Part shown: positions 19,777 to 28,253 of the stretch, piece by piece
Numbering within the stretch: position 1 is the first letter of the stretch
Layout: each line of letters begins with the position of its first letter
DNA from: Candidatus Helarchaeota ASGARD archaeon Hel_GB_B
GTDB taxonomy: Archaea > Asgardarchaeota > Lokiarchaeia > Helarchaeales > HEL-GB-B
Length of the DNA stretch: 28,382 nucleotides
Direction: 5' to 3'
NCBI GenBank assembly: GCA_005191425.1
Contig: SUPR01000042.1
Location: forward strand, 1 to 28,382
The notes under the pieces: model-generated
Told to the model about the DNA's origin: nothing
Seen by the model: only the letters and a program-made list of their open reading frames with translations
Database searches by the model: none
Made by a program: the position numbers and the translations under genes

Positions 19777-19918
19777 GGTTATACACTTTAAAATTTCTAT
19801 TAAAGTATTAAGATAATTATTTATTAATGAAATCTAATTATAAATTAAAATTATTATAAAATTTATATTAATTCATTCAATTATCAAATTATCTTTATAA
19901 AAGGAGTAGAAAAATAAA

Positions 19919-21169
19919 ATGTCTGAAAAAACAATATTTGAGAGTATCAAGGAAAAAATTGATGAATTAATTCTTGGTAGACGGTATTTGATAAGTGAAA
20001 TGGGAAAGTTGAAGATTTCAGTTGATAAGATGGCTCAGGTTAATTTAGGTGATATTAAAGGATTGTTTGATGAATTTAGGACAAATGTTTCTAGTTTAAC
20101 TCAGATGGGAGCGCAATTAAACCAGATTTCAGATTTAACAAATAGTTTAAGTTTGATGAGTAATTCAATAAAAGAAATGCAGACAGCATTTTCAAGTCTT
20201 TCGGACTTGAGAGGAATTTCTGACCAGATTATGAAGAGTGCAACGCAAATTTCAAATTTACAAAATGCCTTAACAGAAATCAGAGATTCAATTCGCGGGT
20301 TAAACGAACTAAAGGAAGGTTTTGAAGCAACATTAGCAACTTTAGGAGAATTCAGAATAGCAATGAATGGGTTGAAAGAAACTATGGATAAATTAACGAG
20401 TTCTTTCGAAGGAATTGCATCATTAGCTGAACTAGGGACACTAGCTAAAACTTTAAAACCGGATATTGCAGAATTAACTGAAGCTATGTCAGGAATTCGC
20501 GAGCTGAGGTCGGCAATCTCAGATCTTGCAAAACAAACTGCATCAATTGGAGATATGAAAGTATTAACTTCAGAATTGAGAGTTGCGATGAGAGAAATCC
20601 GAGCTTCAGTTGCGGGGGCGCGGGCAGCTCCAGCACCAGTATCAACAAGTGCTCCAACACCATCAATTCCGAAACCTACAATGGTAGTAAAAAGGCCAAG
20701 CACAACTGCCAAGACAACTACATCTACTACTACAAAAGTTGAATCAAAGCCAATAGTATATTCAGCTGGCAGGACTAAACTTGAAACACCAACAGCTAGT
20801 CCAGTTACATCATCAGCTCCATCGCCTAAACCGCAAATAGCGTCCAGCGTTAAGCAAGCTGCATTACAATCTGAGGCCAAATCCGCTGCTAGTAAAGCCA
20901 AGAAAGTCCCGGATATCGTAGAAGAAGTTTTTACTTTGATTGTTCAAAGAACACAAGGTGGCGCAGATGCACATTCCTTGGCTAAAGTTATCGAAAACGC
21001 AAGAGACACAATATCTAAATCCTGGAAATGGCATCCAAGTCTTTATGAATTAGGAACATTTGCTAGAAAACTTCGTACTAATTTTAAAGAAAGCGAATTA
21101 CCAAGTCAAGAAATTATTCAATTGTTAATGCAAAAGATCGACGAATGGAAAGAGAAAATGGCTGAATAA
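19919..21169 (+). CDS. Hypothetical protein: long repeat coiled coil, Pro/Thr/Ser/Ala linker, C-terminal four-helix domain
   Basis: Long ORF with AAGGAG upstream. Amphipathic periodicity over residues ~5-233, a low-complexity linker ~234-330, and a helical C-domain with a WKWHPSLYEL motif. Confidence 0.85.
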   Translation: MSEKTIFESIKEKIDELILGRRYLISEMGKLKISVDKMAQVNLGDIKGLFDEFRTNVSSLTQMGAQLNQISDLTNSLSLMSNSIKEMQTAFSSLSDLRGISDQIMKSATQISNLQNALTEIRDSIRGLNELKEGFEATLATLGEFRIAMNGLKETMDKLTSSFEGIASLAELGTLAKTLKPDIAELTEAMSGIRELRSAISDLAKQTASIGDMKVLTSELRVAMREIRASVAGARAAPAPVSTSAPTPSIPKPTMVVKRPSTTAKTTTSTTTKVESKPIVYSAGRTKLETPTASPVTSSAPSPKPQIASSVKQAALQSEAKSAASKAKKVPDIVEEVFTLIVQRTQGGADAHSLAKVIENARDTISKSWKWHPSLYELGTFARKLRTNFKESELPSQEIIQLLMQKIDEWKEKMAE

Positions 21170-21190
21170 TTTTGAATTTTATTCAAATTT

Positions 21191-21874
21191 TTAAAATATT
21201 AAACTAAATTTAGCTTTTTTATTTTCTATTATTTTTGTTATTCTAGACGGATACAAACCGGAAACTAAAAAACACGATGTTTTGTATTTCTTGATTAAAA
21301 TTGGTAAATATTTGTCAATACAACTGGTACCACTCATTTTTAATAGTTCATCAGCGGATATTTGAGATATAAATTTAGCGTTTGAGAATTTATTAGGGTC
21401 TTTATCAAAAAGACCGTCCACATTTTTTACTAAAATAATTTTGTTGATTTTTAACTCTTGAGCAATAAAATATGCAATCGAATCACTTGTTATTTCCCAA
21501 GAATGAGGCAAAATATCATTATTTAGAAGATATTTAAAAGGTAAAAATATGGGAATCATCAAATCATTTTCCGCCTTCCATTTAGAATAGTTTAATTTCT
21601 CTATATTTGATACTAATAACGATTTTGTTAATTGCGTGTGGAGGAGATATCCAATTAAATTCATTGATAATATAGCCATAAAATGGCTGTGCTCAGCTTT
21701 TAAATTAAATTCTTTATCGATTAATCTAACATTATCAGCAAATAGCCCACCACCTGGAATAATAATAAAAGGATGAAGTGAATATAGTTTTTCAAGATGA
21801 TTACAGAGGTTCTTAAAAGATGTGGGGTCATTAACTAAACTACCACCGATTTTCAATAAAGCTTTAAAAGACAT
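21191..21874 (-). CDS. mfnE: Amino-acid-kinase-family protein, probable 5-(aminomethyl)-3-furanmethanol phosphate kinase (methanofuran biosynthesis)
   Basis: LLKIGGSL, IIPGGGLFADNVR, HFMAILSMN, LPHSWEITSDSIA, KNVDG; 6 nt downstream of mfnF. Confidence 0.8.
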   Translation of the reverse strand: MSFKALLKIGGSLVNDPTSFKNLCNHLEKLYSLHPFIIIPGGGLFADNVRLIDKEFNLKAEHSHFMAILSMNLIGYLLHTQLTKSLLVSNIEKLNYSKWKAENDLMIPIFLPFKYLLNNDILPHSWEITSDSIAYFIAQELKINKIILVKNVDGLFDKDPNKFSNAKFISQISADELLKMSGTSCIDKYLPILIKKYKTSCFLVSGLYPSRITKIIENKKAKFSLIF

Positions 21875-21880
21875 AGATTA

Positions 21881-22939
21881 TTACCTTTTAATTAGTTTTT
21901 GTTCTAATAAAAGAGCAACGGCTGCACTAGGAGCAACAATTCCGCCATTTTCACCTAAAATTTCATTTAAATTTATTATTTTTTTAAAACCATATCTTTT
22001 AGCTGCTTTTCTAGCTAAAAATTCAGCTCCAATTCCAGTAATTATTATTAAAAAATTTTTAAAATCAACTACGTATGATGATCTAAGTCTGTTAAATACT
22101 TGCATTAGCCCAACTTGAATTTGGGCAATCTGTTGTTCATAAATATATCTAGCTATTGTCATTATTTCTTTTTTAGACAGCATCTCAATATCTGCACAAA
22201 TAACTCTTGAAATACGTGCTAATGAGTCTTTTTTGTTTTTTTCTCTTCCATCGGCAGGATCAGAAGTATATTCGTCTTCAGAAATATGTCCTAGAACTAA
22301 ATGGACATCAGCTGACAGGGCAAATTTTTCGGATGAAACCCTACAATTTTTATTTTTATAAGGGACATAGTGAGTTATTGAAGGAATTTCACTTCTTAAA
22401 ACACCAGTATAAACCAATTCACCAGATAATAATCTATCTGGGTCAGTTTTTCCAAGACAAACCGGCTTACCATTAAGAATAGGTATAACATCAGTAGTAG
22501 TGCTCCCGACATCGATTAAAATGCAATTTTTATAAAATAATCCGACATATTTTGATGTTGCTACCCAATTTGCAGCTGCAACTTGAAGTGGATATTTTAA
22601 TACAGTATTAAATTTGATGAATTCTCCAAATATATTGATAAAATAAATTTTATCTTCCATGTCGTAAAAAGCTTCTCGTAATGATTTTGATATTTTTAAA
22701 ATCCCTTCTCGTTTAGTATAAAATGCGTCAGATAATTCAGCAGTCATTGTAACAGCTATTGCTTCGATATCCTGGCCCTGTATGACCTTTGTGCTTACTT
22801 CTTTTATAATATCAGGTAATAAACTTAAATCTTTAGTCCAAATAGGATAATATTGCATGTATTTATTTTTCAATTTTCCTTGATCTATTAAAGAGGCTTT
22901 TATGTTTGCTCCACCAATATCTAGTCCTAAAATATTCAT
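21881..22939 (-). CDS. mfnF: Hydantoinase-A/ASKHA-fold methanofuran synthase (H4MPT-linked C1 transfer Orf9 family)
   Basis: ILGLDIGGANIK, AVTMTAELSDAF, AAANWVAT, DVGSTTTDVIPI, RLLSGELVYTG, SSEKFALSAD, LARISRVICAD. Confidence 0.88.
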   Translation of the reverse strand: MNILGLDIGGANIKASLIDQGKLKNKYMQYYPIWTKDLSLLPDIIKEVSTKVIQGQDIEAIAVTMTAELSDAFYTKREGILKISKSLREAFYDMEDKIYFINIFGEFIKFNTVLKYPLQVAAANWVATSKYVGLFYKNCILIDVGSTTTDVIPILNGKPVCLGKTDPDRLLSGELVYTGVLRSEIPSITHYVPYKNKNCRVSSEKFALSADVHLVLGHISEDEYTSDPADGREKNKKDSLARISRVICADIEMLSKKEIMTIARYIYEQQIAQIQVGLMQVFNRLRSSYVVDFKNFLIIITGIGAEFLARKAAKRYGFKKIINLNEILGENGGIVAPSAAVALLLEQKLIKR

Positions 22940-22948
22940 TGTAATGAC

Positions 22949-24193
22949 CTAATAATATAATTCATTTTTATTACCTTGTGGTTTAAGCTCTTCTATTCCA
23001 TTTTTATTTATTAATATAACAGCAGGTAACGGAAAACTAAACCTAAACGACCACGTTAAAGTATATGCTCCCGCATTGGCTACGGCAATAATATCTCCGG
23101 ACGAAACACCTGCGGGAGATGGATAGTTCTTAGCAAGGATGTCAATATCAGTAGGGAGACATCCTTTAATAGATATTTTATTTTTATGAGGTTTGTCAAG
23201 TTTATCGGTAAAAATAAATCTAAAATTCGATTTAGATGCCTTGGGTAAAATATGGTCTCCAGCATCAACTAAAATCCAGTTTTCCTTACCAATTTGGAAT
23301 GTATTATGCACCTTCATAAGTAATAACCCGGTATTTCCTACAATATAACGACCAGGCTCAAAATTTATTTCGATTTTATCCCAATTTTCTTGTAAAATAT
23401 CTTTTAAAGAATTTAAAAAAGAACTTAAATCATCTTCTGAAAAAACTCCTGCTTCTGGAAAACCGCCACCTAAATTTAATTTGGGAATTTTAAATCCAGC
23501 ATTTTCAAATTTCTCATAAACGTCTAAAATATATTTTATATGTTTAATACGCGGCTCATTTTTTAATATTTGAGTCCCTATATGATAATGGAGCATAGTT
23601 AATTTTAGGTTTTCACAAACAGATAGTAATTTGAGCATTTTTTTAAATGTTTCAGGAGTATATTCAATACCCGAAAAATGAGAATAATCAAAACTTTTTA
23701 ACCTTATAGCAATTTCTTGTTTAAGACCATTTTCTGCCATAAATGTATTTACTCTCGATAACTCTTTAATCTGCGATATTACTAATGTTTCGATTCCGTA
23801 TTCTTTTACGTAATTTAAAATTGAGTCTGAAATGTAAATACCAGAAAAAATTGTCTTTTTCGATTTACATGTTCTTGCAAGTTCCATTTCACTGATTGAT
23901 ACAACTTCAGCCCCTAAACCCTCTTGTGAAATTATATCACAAATTTTTTGCAAATAATTCGTTTTAAATGAATAATAAATATTATAATATTTAAAATATT
24001 TACTTAGAAGCCTAATAAAAACGCGGCAATTCTTCCTGACCTGGTCTTCTAAGAATACATAAAGAGGAGTAGTGTAGTTTTTTAGTAATTCAGGAATAGT
24101 CCTATCATAAATTAATAATTTACCATTTTTTATGGCAAGAGATTCATTATTTAAATATCTAGATCTATATAACCTGCTTTTAACATCTCTCAA
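22949..24193 (-). CDS. Fold-type III PLP-dependent decarboxylase (DAP/ornithine decarboxylase family), atypical specificity loop
   Basis: TPLYVF, YYSFKTN (PLP Lys77), HYHIGTQ, LNLGGGF, FEPGRYIV, NAGAYT. The usual GPxC[ED]xxD motif reads GCLPTDID. Confidence 0.85.
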   Translation of the reverse strand: MRDVKSRLYRSRYLNNESLAIKNGKLLIYDRTIPELLKNYTTPLYVFLEDQVRKNCRVFIRLLSKYFKYYNIYYSFKTNYLQKICDIISQEGLGAEVVSISEMELARTCKSKKTIFSGIYISDSILNYVKEYGIETLVISQIKELSRVNTFMAENGLKQEIAIRLKSFDYSHFSGIEYTPETFKKMLKLLSVCENLKLTMLHYHIGTQILKNEPRIKHIKYILDVYEKFENAGFKIPKLNLGGGFPEAGVFSEDDLSSFLNSLKDILQENWDKIEINFEPGRYIVGNTGLLLMKVHNTFQIGKENWILVDAGDHILPKASKSNFRFIFTDKLDKPHKNKISIKGCLPTDIDILAKNYPSPAGVSSGDIIAVANAGAYTLTWSFRFSFPLPAVILINKNGIEELKPQGNKNELYY

Positions 24194-24230
24194 ATTTGTG
24201 TATACCTCAACTTCTTACAGAATAATTATT

Positions 24231-25484
24231 CTATTCATAAAATGATAAATAAATTTCTTCAATCTTTTTTGAAACATTTTCCCATGTCTGATTTTTTATT
24301 TTTTGATATCCATTATAACCCAGTTCATCTCTTAGTCCCGGATTTTTTAGTAGTCTAACTATTGCATTACCTAATACATTAGGCGCCCCAAATGGAACTA
24401 AAATACCGTTGTGATTATTCTGGATAATTTCCGGAGTTGCACCAATATTTGCACCAATTACTGGTTTTTTACAAGCAAATGCTTCTAAAAAAGCAATTCC
24501 ATATGCATCACTTCTTGACGGCATTACATAAATATCAGATGCCATAAATGAACTAATTTTTATTTTAATATTGTCATATGGGACAACTCCAATATTTATA
24601 ATATGTTTTTTATAATCGCTTTTTAATTTTCCTTTTTCTATATTAAATGCTTTTGTACTTGGCCCAATAAACATAAATACAACATCGGGTACTCTTTTTA
24701 TGACATATTTAATTGATTTTAAAATGTGGATTGCACCTTTTTCATAATTTTTATATCCACAGAATAGTACTAATGGCTTTGAATTTATCCCGAATTTTTG
24801 CCTGAGTTTTTTGGGTTTAGCTCTTGTGAATTTTTTAATATCAACACCCATTTTTATCAATTTTATCTTTTTATCAAACCTTTTAATACCACCATGATTG
24901 ATAATGTATTGCGCCTCTAATTTACTACAAACCAAAATCATGTCAAAAAATTTCAAAATTCTTAATAAAGAAGGATTTTGATATCTTTTATTAGCAAAAT
25001 GAAAAAATGGAGTAGTTAAGGTTGGGACCCTTTTCATTTTTCCAGCTATTAATGCAAATAAATTTGTAGCAAATGGAAAACACGTAGAATGTATAATATC
25101 TGAATTGATGCTAAGAAGAAATTCTAATAAATCCGGGCAATATGGCCCATTAATCAAAAGATTATATGCATCAATTAGGGGGTTCCTGAACCGCCCAATT
25201 TGTTTTAATAATTTTTTAATCGTTTTATACTCGATTAAAGGAAATTTATTTATAAAATAAGAATATTTAATAGGAAATCTAAATATGGGGACATTATTTA
25301 TTTGAGAATATTTACTTTCGATTATTTTCCCCTTAGGTGTCCCAAAAGCTCTGAAATCTAATGCATTAGAACATAAAACTTTGATTTTATGTTTTTCTAT
25401 TAGATGTTCGGAAATTTTTTGAAAATATAATTCAGAACCAGATATCGCAGGAAAATAACGCTGGACTACATGTGATATATTCAT
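24231..25484 (-). CDS. GT4 (GT-B) glycosyltransferase
   Basis: RYFPAISGSELYF, KMGVD, YKNYEKG, VMPSRSDAYGIAFLEAFACKKPVIG, NGILVPFG. Confidence 0.9.
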   Translation of the reverse strand: MNISHVVQRYFPAISGSELYFQKISEHLIEKHKIKVLCSNALDFRAFGTPKGKIIESKYSQINNVPIFRFPIKYSYFINKFPLIEYKTIKKLLKQIGRFRNPLIDAYNLLINGPYCPDLLEFLLSINSDIIHSTCFPFATNLFALIAGKMKRVPTLTTPFFHFANKRYQNPSLLRILKFFDMILVCSKLEAQYIINHGGIKRFDKKIKLIKMGVDIKKFTRAKPKKLRQKFGINSKPLVLFCGYKNYEKGAIHILKSIKYVIKRVPDVVFMFIGPSTKAFNIEKGKLKSDYKKHIINIGVVPYDNIKIKISSFMASDIYVMPSRSDAYGIAFLEAFACKKPVIGANIGATPEIIQNNHNGILVPFGAPNVLGNAIVRLLKNPGLRDELGYNGYQKIKNQTWENVSKKIEEIYLSFYE

Positions 25485-25522
25485 TGTTTTAACAATATAA
25501 TATGATGTTTTAAAAATTTAGC

Positions 25523-25552
25523 CATTAAACAATTTAACATTAAACAATTTAA
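25523..25552. repeat. Perfect 15-bp tandem duplication (CATTAAACAATTTAA x2)
   Basis: Read directly at 25523-25537 and 25538-25552, in the 70-bp spacer between two co-oriented genes. Confidence 0.85.
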
Positions 25553-25554
25553 AA

Positions 25555-25848
25555 TTAAAGTTGATTAATTTTTTTTACCGATACAACCAAATTTTTATCG
25601 TACTCATTGTTCCACCTGTTTAATCGGTTTTTGATTATATAACAACCTATGCATTGATAGCCATACTTTTCAACTACTCGCTTTTGCGCTTCATCAATTG
25701 ATTCTATAGCAAGCTTTACAAAATCCTTCAAATAATAATCTTTTTCTTGTAAATAATTGAAAACTATATTACTCGGATAATAGAAAATATCTTTCTTTCC
25801 ATTTGATAACTCGACAGAAACGGTTACTATTGGCAAATCTTGTATCAT
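25555..25848 (-). CDS. MSMEG_0570-family-like small protein
   Basis: VELSNGKKDIFYYPSNIVFNYL...YYLKDFVKLAIESIDEAQKRVVEKYGYQC matches my recollection of the family pattern WPDG...YSPS.V...L....YP..DF......AL..AS.RV..KYGF.C. Confidence 0.65.
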   Translation of the reverse strand: MIQDLPIVTVSVELSNGKKDIFYYPSNIVFNYLQEKDYYLKDFVKLAIESIDEAQKRVVEKYGYQCIGCYIIKNRLNRWNNEYDKNLVVSVKKINQL

Positions 25849-26202
25849 CCTTTACATTATTATATTTTTTAAATTCTAAAAATCCTTAATAATAATTTAA
25901 AAAATTAAGTGATTATCTTTTATTTTCTTAAATATTTAAGTTTTATTTATGATTATTATGAAATAATTAGTTAAATATAAAATATCTATTATTTGTTCGT
26001 TTAAAATGACATTAATAATAAATTATTTATTTTCTAATCTTGTAAAAAATCTTCAATTCGATTTAATAGACTTATTTTTTTAGAAGGAAAATCATTATTT
26101 AAAAATAAATAACAAGGATTATAGAATTTAAATAAAAAAAAGAAAAATAATGAAATTAAAATTATTGAATTTTATCTTTAGAATTCAAAAAAAATAAAAA
26201 AA

Positions 26203-26754
26203 TTAAATTATATTCTTATTTAGGCTATTATTTTTCCGCACTTTTAAAAAGTAAAATAGTCCAATACAGCCAATTAGTCCAAAAATCAAGTAGACAATTT
26301 GAAATCCTGGAATACCATAGAAAATCGAAATATCCAAATAAAATGATGCATCACCAGTACCACTAAATCTTTTAACGCGGATGTAATAATATCCAGAAAA
26401 GGAACAATATGCACCACAAGTATCCGCAGTTCCAGTGTTTGCCGAACTATCAATTAATGATTGACTTGGAGAATATAACCTAAGATCAAGGTCAAAACTT
26501 GAAGAGTAAGTTAGGATCACTTTTAAAAAGTGATTAGAACTACAATATATTTTATAATATGCATAATCGTCTGAACTATAAAGAATGTCGGAGTGAGTTC
26601 CAGTATAAAGGATTTCTGCAGAACTAAAATCATCCCCATAGCCATTTGAAATAGGTATCATATATAAAATGGGAAATACGATAAATAACAATGTTATAAT
26701 GAAAAAGATATTAATTTTTGTATGAATTCTTTTTAACATTTTAGCCAGCCACAT
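26203..26754 (-). CDS. Small surface protein: signal peptide + single PPC (pre-peptidase C-terminal) domain + IPGF-TM-basic sorting tail
   Basis: DDYAYYKI...LTYSSSFDLDLRLYSPSQSLIDSS...SGYYYIRVKRFSG...FYLDI, then IPGFQIVYLIFGLIGCIGLFYFLKVRK. Confidence 0.8.
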   Translation of the reverse strand: MWLAKMLKRIHTKINIFFIITLLFIVFPILYMIPISNGYGDDFSSAEILYTGTHSDILYSSDDYAYYKIYCSSNHFLKVILTYSSSFDLDLRLYSPSQSLIDSSANTGTADTCGAYCSFSGYYYIRVKRFSGTGDASFYLDISIFYGIPGFQIVYLIFGLIGCIGLFYFLKVRKNNSLNKNII

Positions 26755-26955
26755 TTCAATTTAAAATTTGTATGTAATTTATCTTGAATAATAATTATCC
26801 CAAAATTTCTATAAATAATTTGTGTGAAAATATCAAAAATTAATTTTAGAAAATTTCTTGATAAAATCATTTTTTAATTTAAAGAAACAATACTCAAATT
26901 CAAAAAATTTCAATTCAAAAATTATTTAGAAATGAATAAGTAGGAAAAAACAGTT

Positions 26956-27645
26956 TTGAAACTTGCTAAAATAATAGAAAAAGCCATATTTCTTGAAAGA
27001 CCAAATCGATTTGTGGCTATTGTAGAAATAAACGGAGAAAAGAAAGCAATTCACGTCCCAAATCCAGGAAGAATGAAGGAATTACTTATTCCTGGAAAAG
27101 AAGTTATTTTGAGAAAAGCTAATAACACAAATCGCAAGACCGAATATGATTTACTGGGTATAATTGAGAATGGAGTCCATATTTCGCTTGATTCCAATGC
27201 ACCTAATAAAATTTTTAAAGAAGCAATATTATTAAAAGAGATTAAAGATTTTTGCGATATTATAAGTTTTAAATCGGAAATTAAATATAAAAACAGTAGA
27301 TTGGATTTTTTGCTAATAAATAATCTTGGAAAAATTTACATGGAAATTAAATCGTGTACGCTCGTAGAGGACGGTATTGCGAAATTTCCTGATGCACCCA
27401 CAGTTAGAGGTTTACGACATTTAAATGATTTAGAAGAACTTGTGCTAAATGGAAACAGAAGTGCAATAATTTTTATAATTCAAAGAAATGATGCCAATAG
27501 TTTTATGCCAAATGACAAGACAAACCCGCTATTTGGAAGGAAATTAAGAACTGTTTCAAAGAGTGGAGTGGAAATTTATGCCTATAAATGTAAAGTAAAA
27601 TTACCCTACATTAAACTTGATGAAAAAGTTAAAATTGTTTTATAA
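26956..27645 (+). CDS. sfsA: DNA/RNA nuclease SfsA (sugar fermentation stimulation protein)
   Basis: FLERPNRF, HVPNPGRMKELL, SRLDFLL, MEIKSCTL, FPDAPTVRGLRHL, FIIQRND. Confidence 0.95.
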   Translation: MKLAKIIEKAIFLERPNRFVAIVEINGEKKAIHVPNPGRMKELLIPGKEVILRKANNTNRKTEYDLLGIIENGVHISLDSNAPNKIFKEAILLKEIKDFCDIISFKSEIKYKNSRLDFLLINNLGKIYMEIKSCTLVEDGIAKFPDAPTVRGLRHLNDLEELVLNGNRSAIIFIIQRNDANSFMPNDKTNPLFGRKLRTVSKSGVEIYAYKCKVKLPYIKLDEKVKIVL

Positions 27646-27831
27646 ACGGGAATTCCACCAATTCTAAAATAAATTAACTCTTAATATTAAAATGAATGAC
27701 TTTATAAAAGCCCACATTAAATATAGACAGTTTAGATTTACATTTAAAATTTCAGTAAATTAAAAAGAAGGTTTGATATTAAAAAAATTATAGTTAATGA
27801 CAATGAAATAGTAAAAAAATTTAAAAGAGAA

Positions 27832-28230
27832 TTATATATTAAATATCTCTTTAATATCATTTTGGAGAAAAATATAATCAACAATTAAACCAAAAAAGAC
27901 AAGACAATATAAAATAGAAGCACTAATAATAAGATACCATGCTATTTTTCGTTTTGATTTTAGTGCAAGAATTCCACCACTTAGTGATAAAAAAGCGGTT
28001 ATTTGCGACATTGGGATAAGAAATAAAATTGTAGCATAGATCTGAGCGATTGTAATAAAAGTATCTCCGGCGCAAAATCCACCATTTTTAAAAATTAACT
28101 TTATAACATTGATTATTATAGAAGGATTTTCAATGTGGAGTATTAATATCCCAATACCAAGTACAAATAAAAAAATCCCTGCGATTATATAAAATATTGA
28201 AATCAATTTTATTTTAAACAATGCTTTCAT
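27832..28230 (-). CDS. Small hypothetical membrane protein
   Basis: Three hydrophobic segments; GAGGT SD at 28242-28238, 7 nt before the ATG. Confidence 0.7.
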   Translation of the reverse strand: MKALFKIKLISIFYIIAGIFLFVLGIGILILHIENPSIIINVIKLIFKNGGFCAGDTFITIAQIYATILFLIPMSQITAFLSLSGGILALKSKRKIAWYLIISASILYCLVFFGLIVDYIFLQNDIKEIFNI

Positions 28231-28253
28231 TTTTTAAACCTCGATTTTAATAT

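Noticed and set aside
20101-20901. 266-aa antisense ORF (and 20484..20666) within the coiled-coil gene
   Set aside because: It mirrors the sense-strand codon pattern of a higher-GC, low-complexity gene, with no motifs or SD.
2165-23268. Short overlapping ORFs: 2165-2398, 4510-4695, 5429-5695, 7560-7748, 7901-8134, 8325-8513, 9852-10097, 14399-14668, 16538-16855, 18754-19020, 19350-19538, 21822-22118, 22207-22476, 23080-23268
   Set aside because: Each lies antisense to or overlapping a well-supported gene and has no recognisable motif.
27646-27831. Short ORF-like stretches between sfsA and the last membrane gene
   Set aside because: They are fragmentary, have no start context and carry no recognisable motif.
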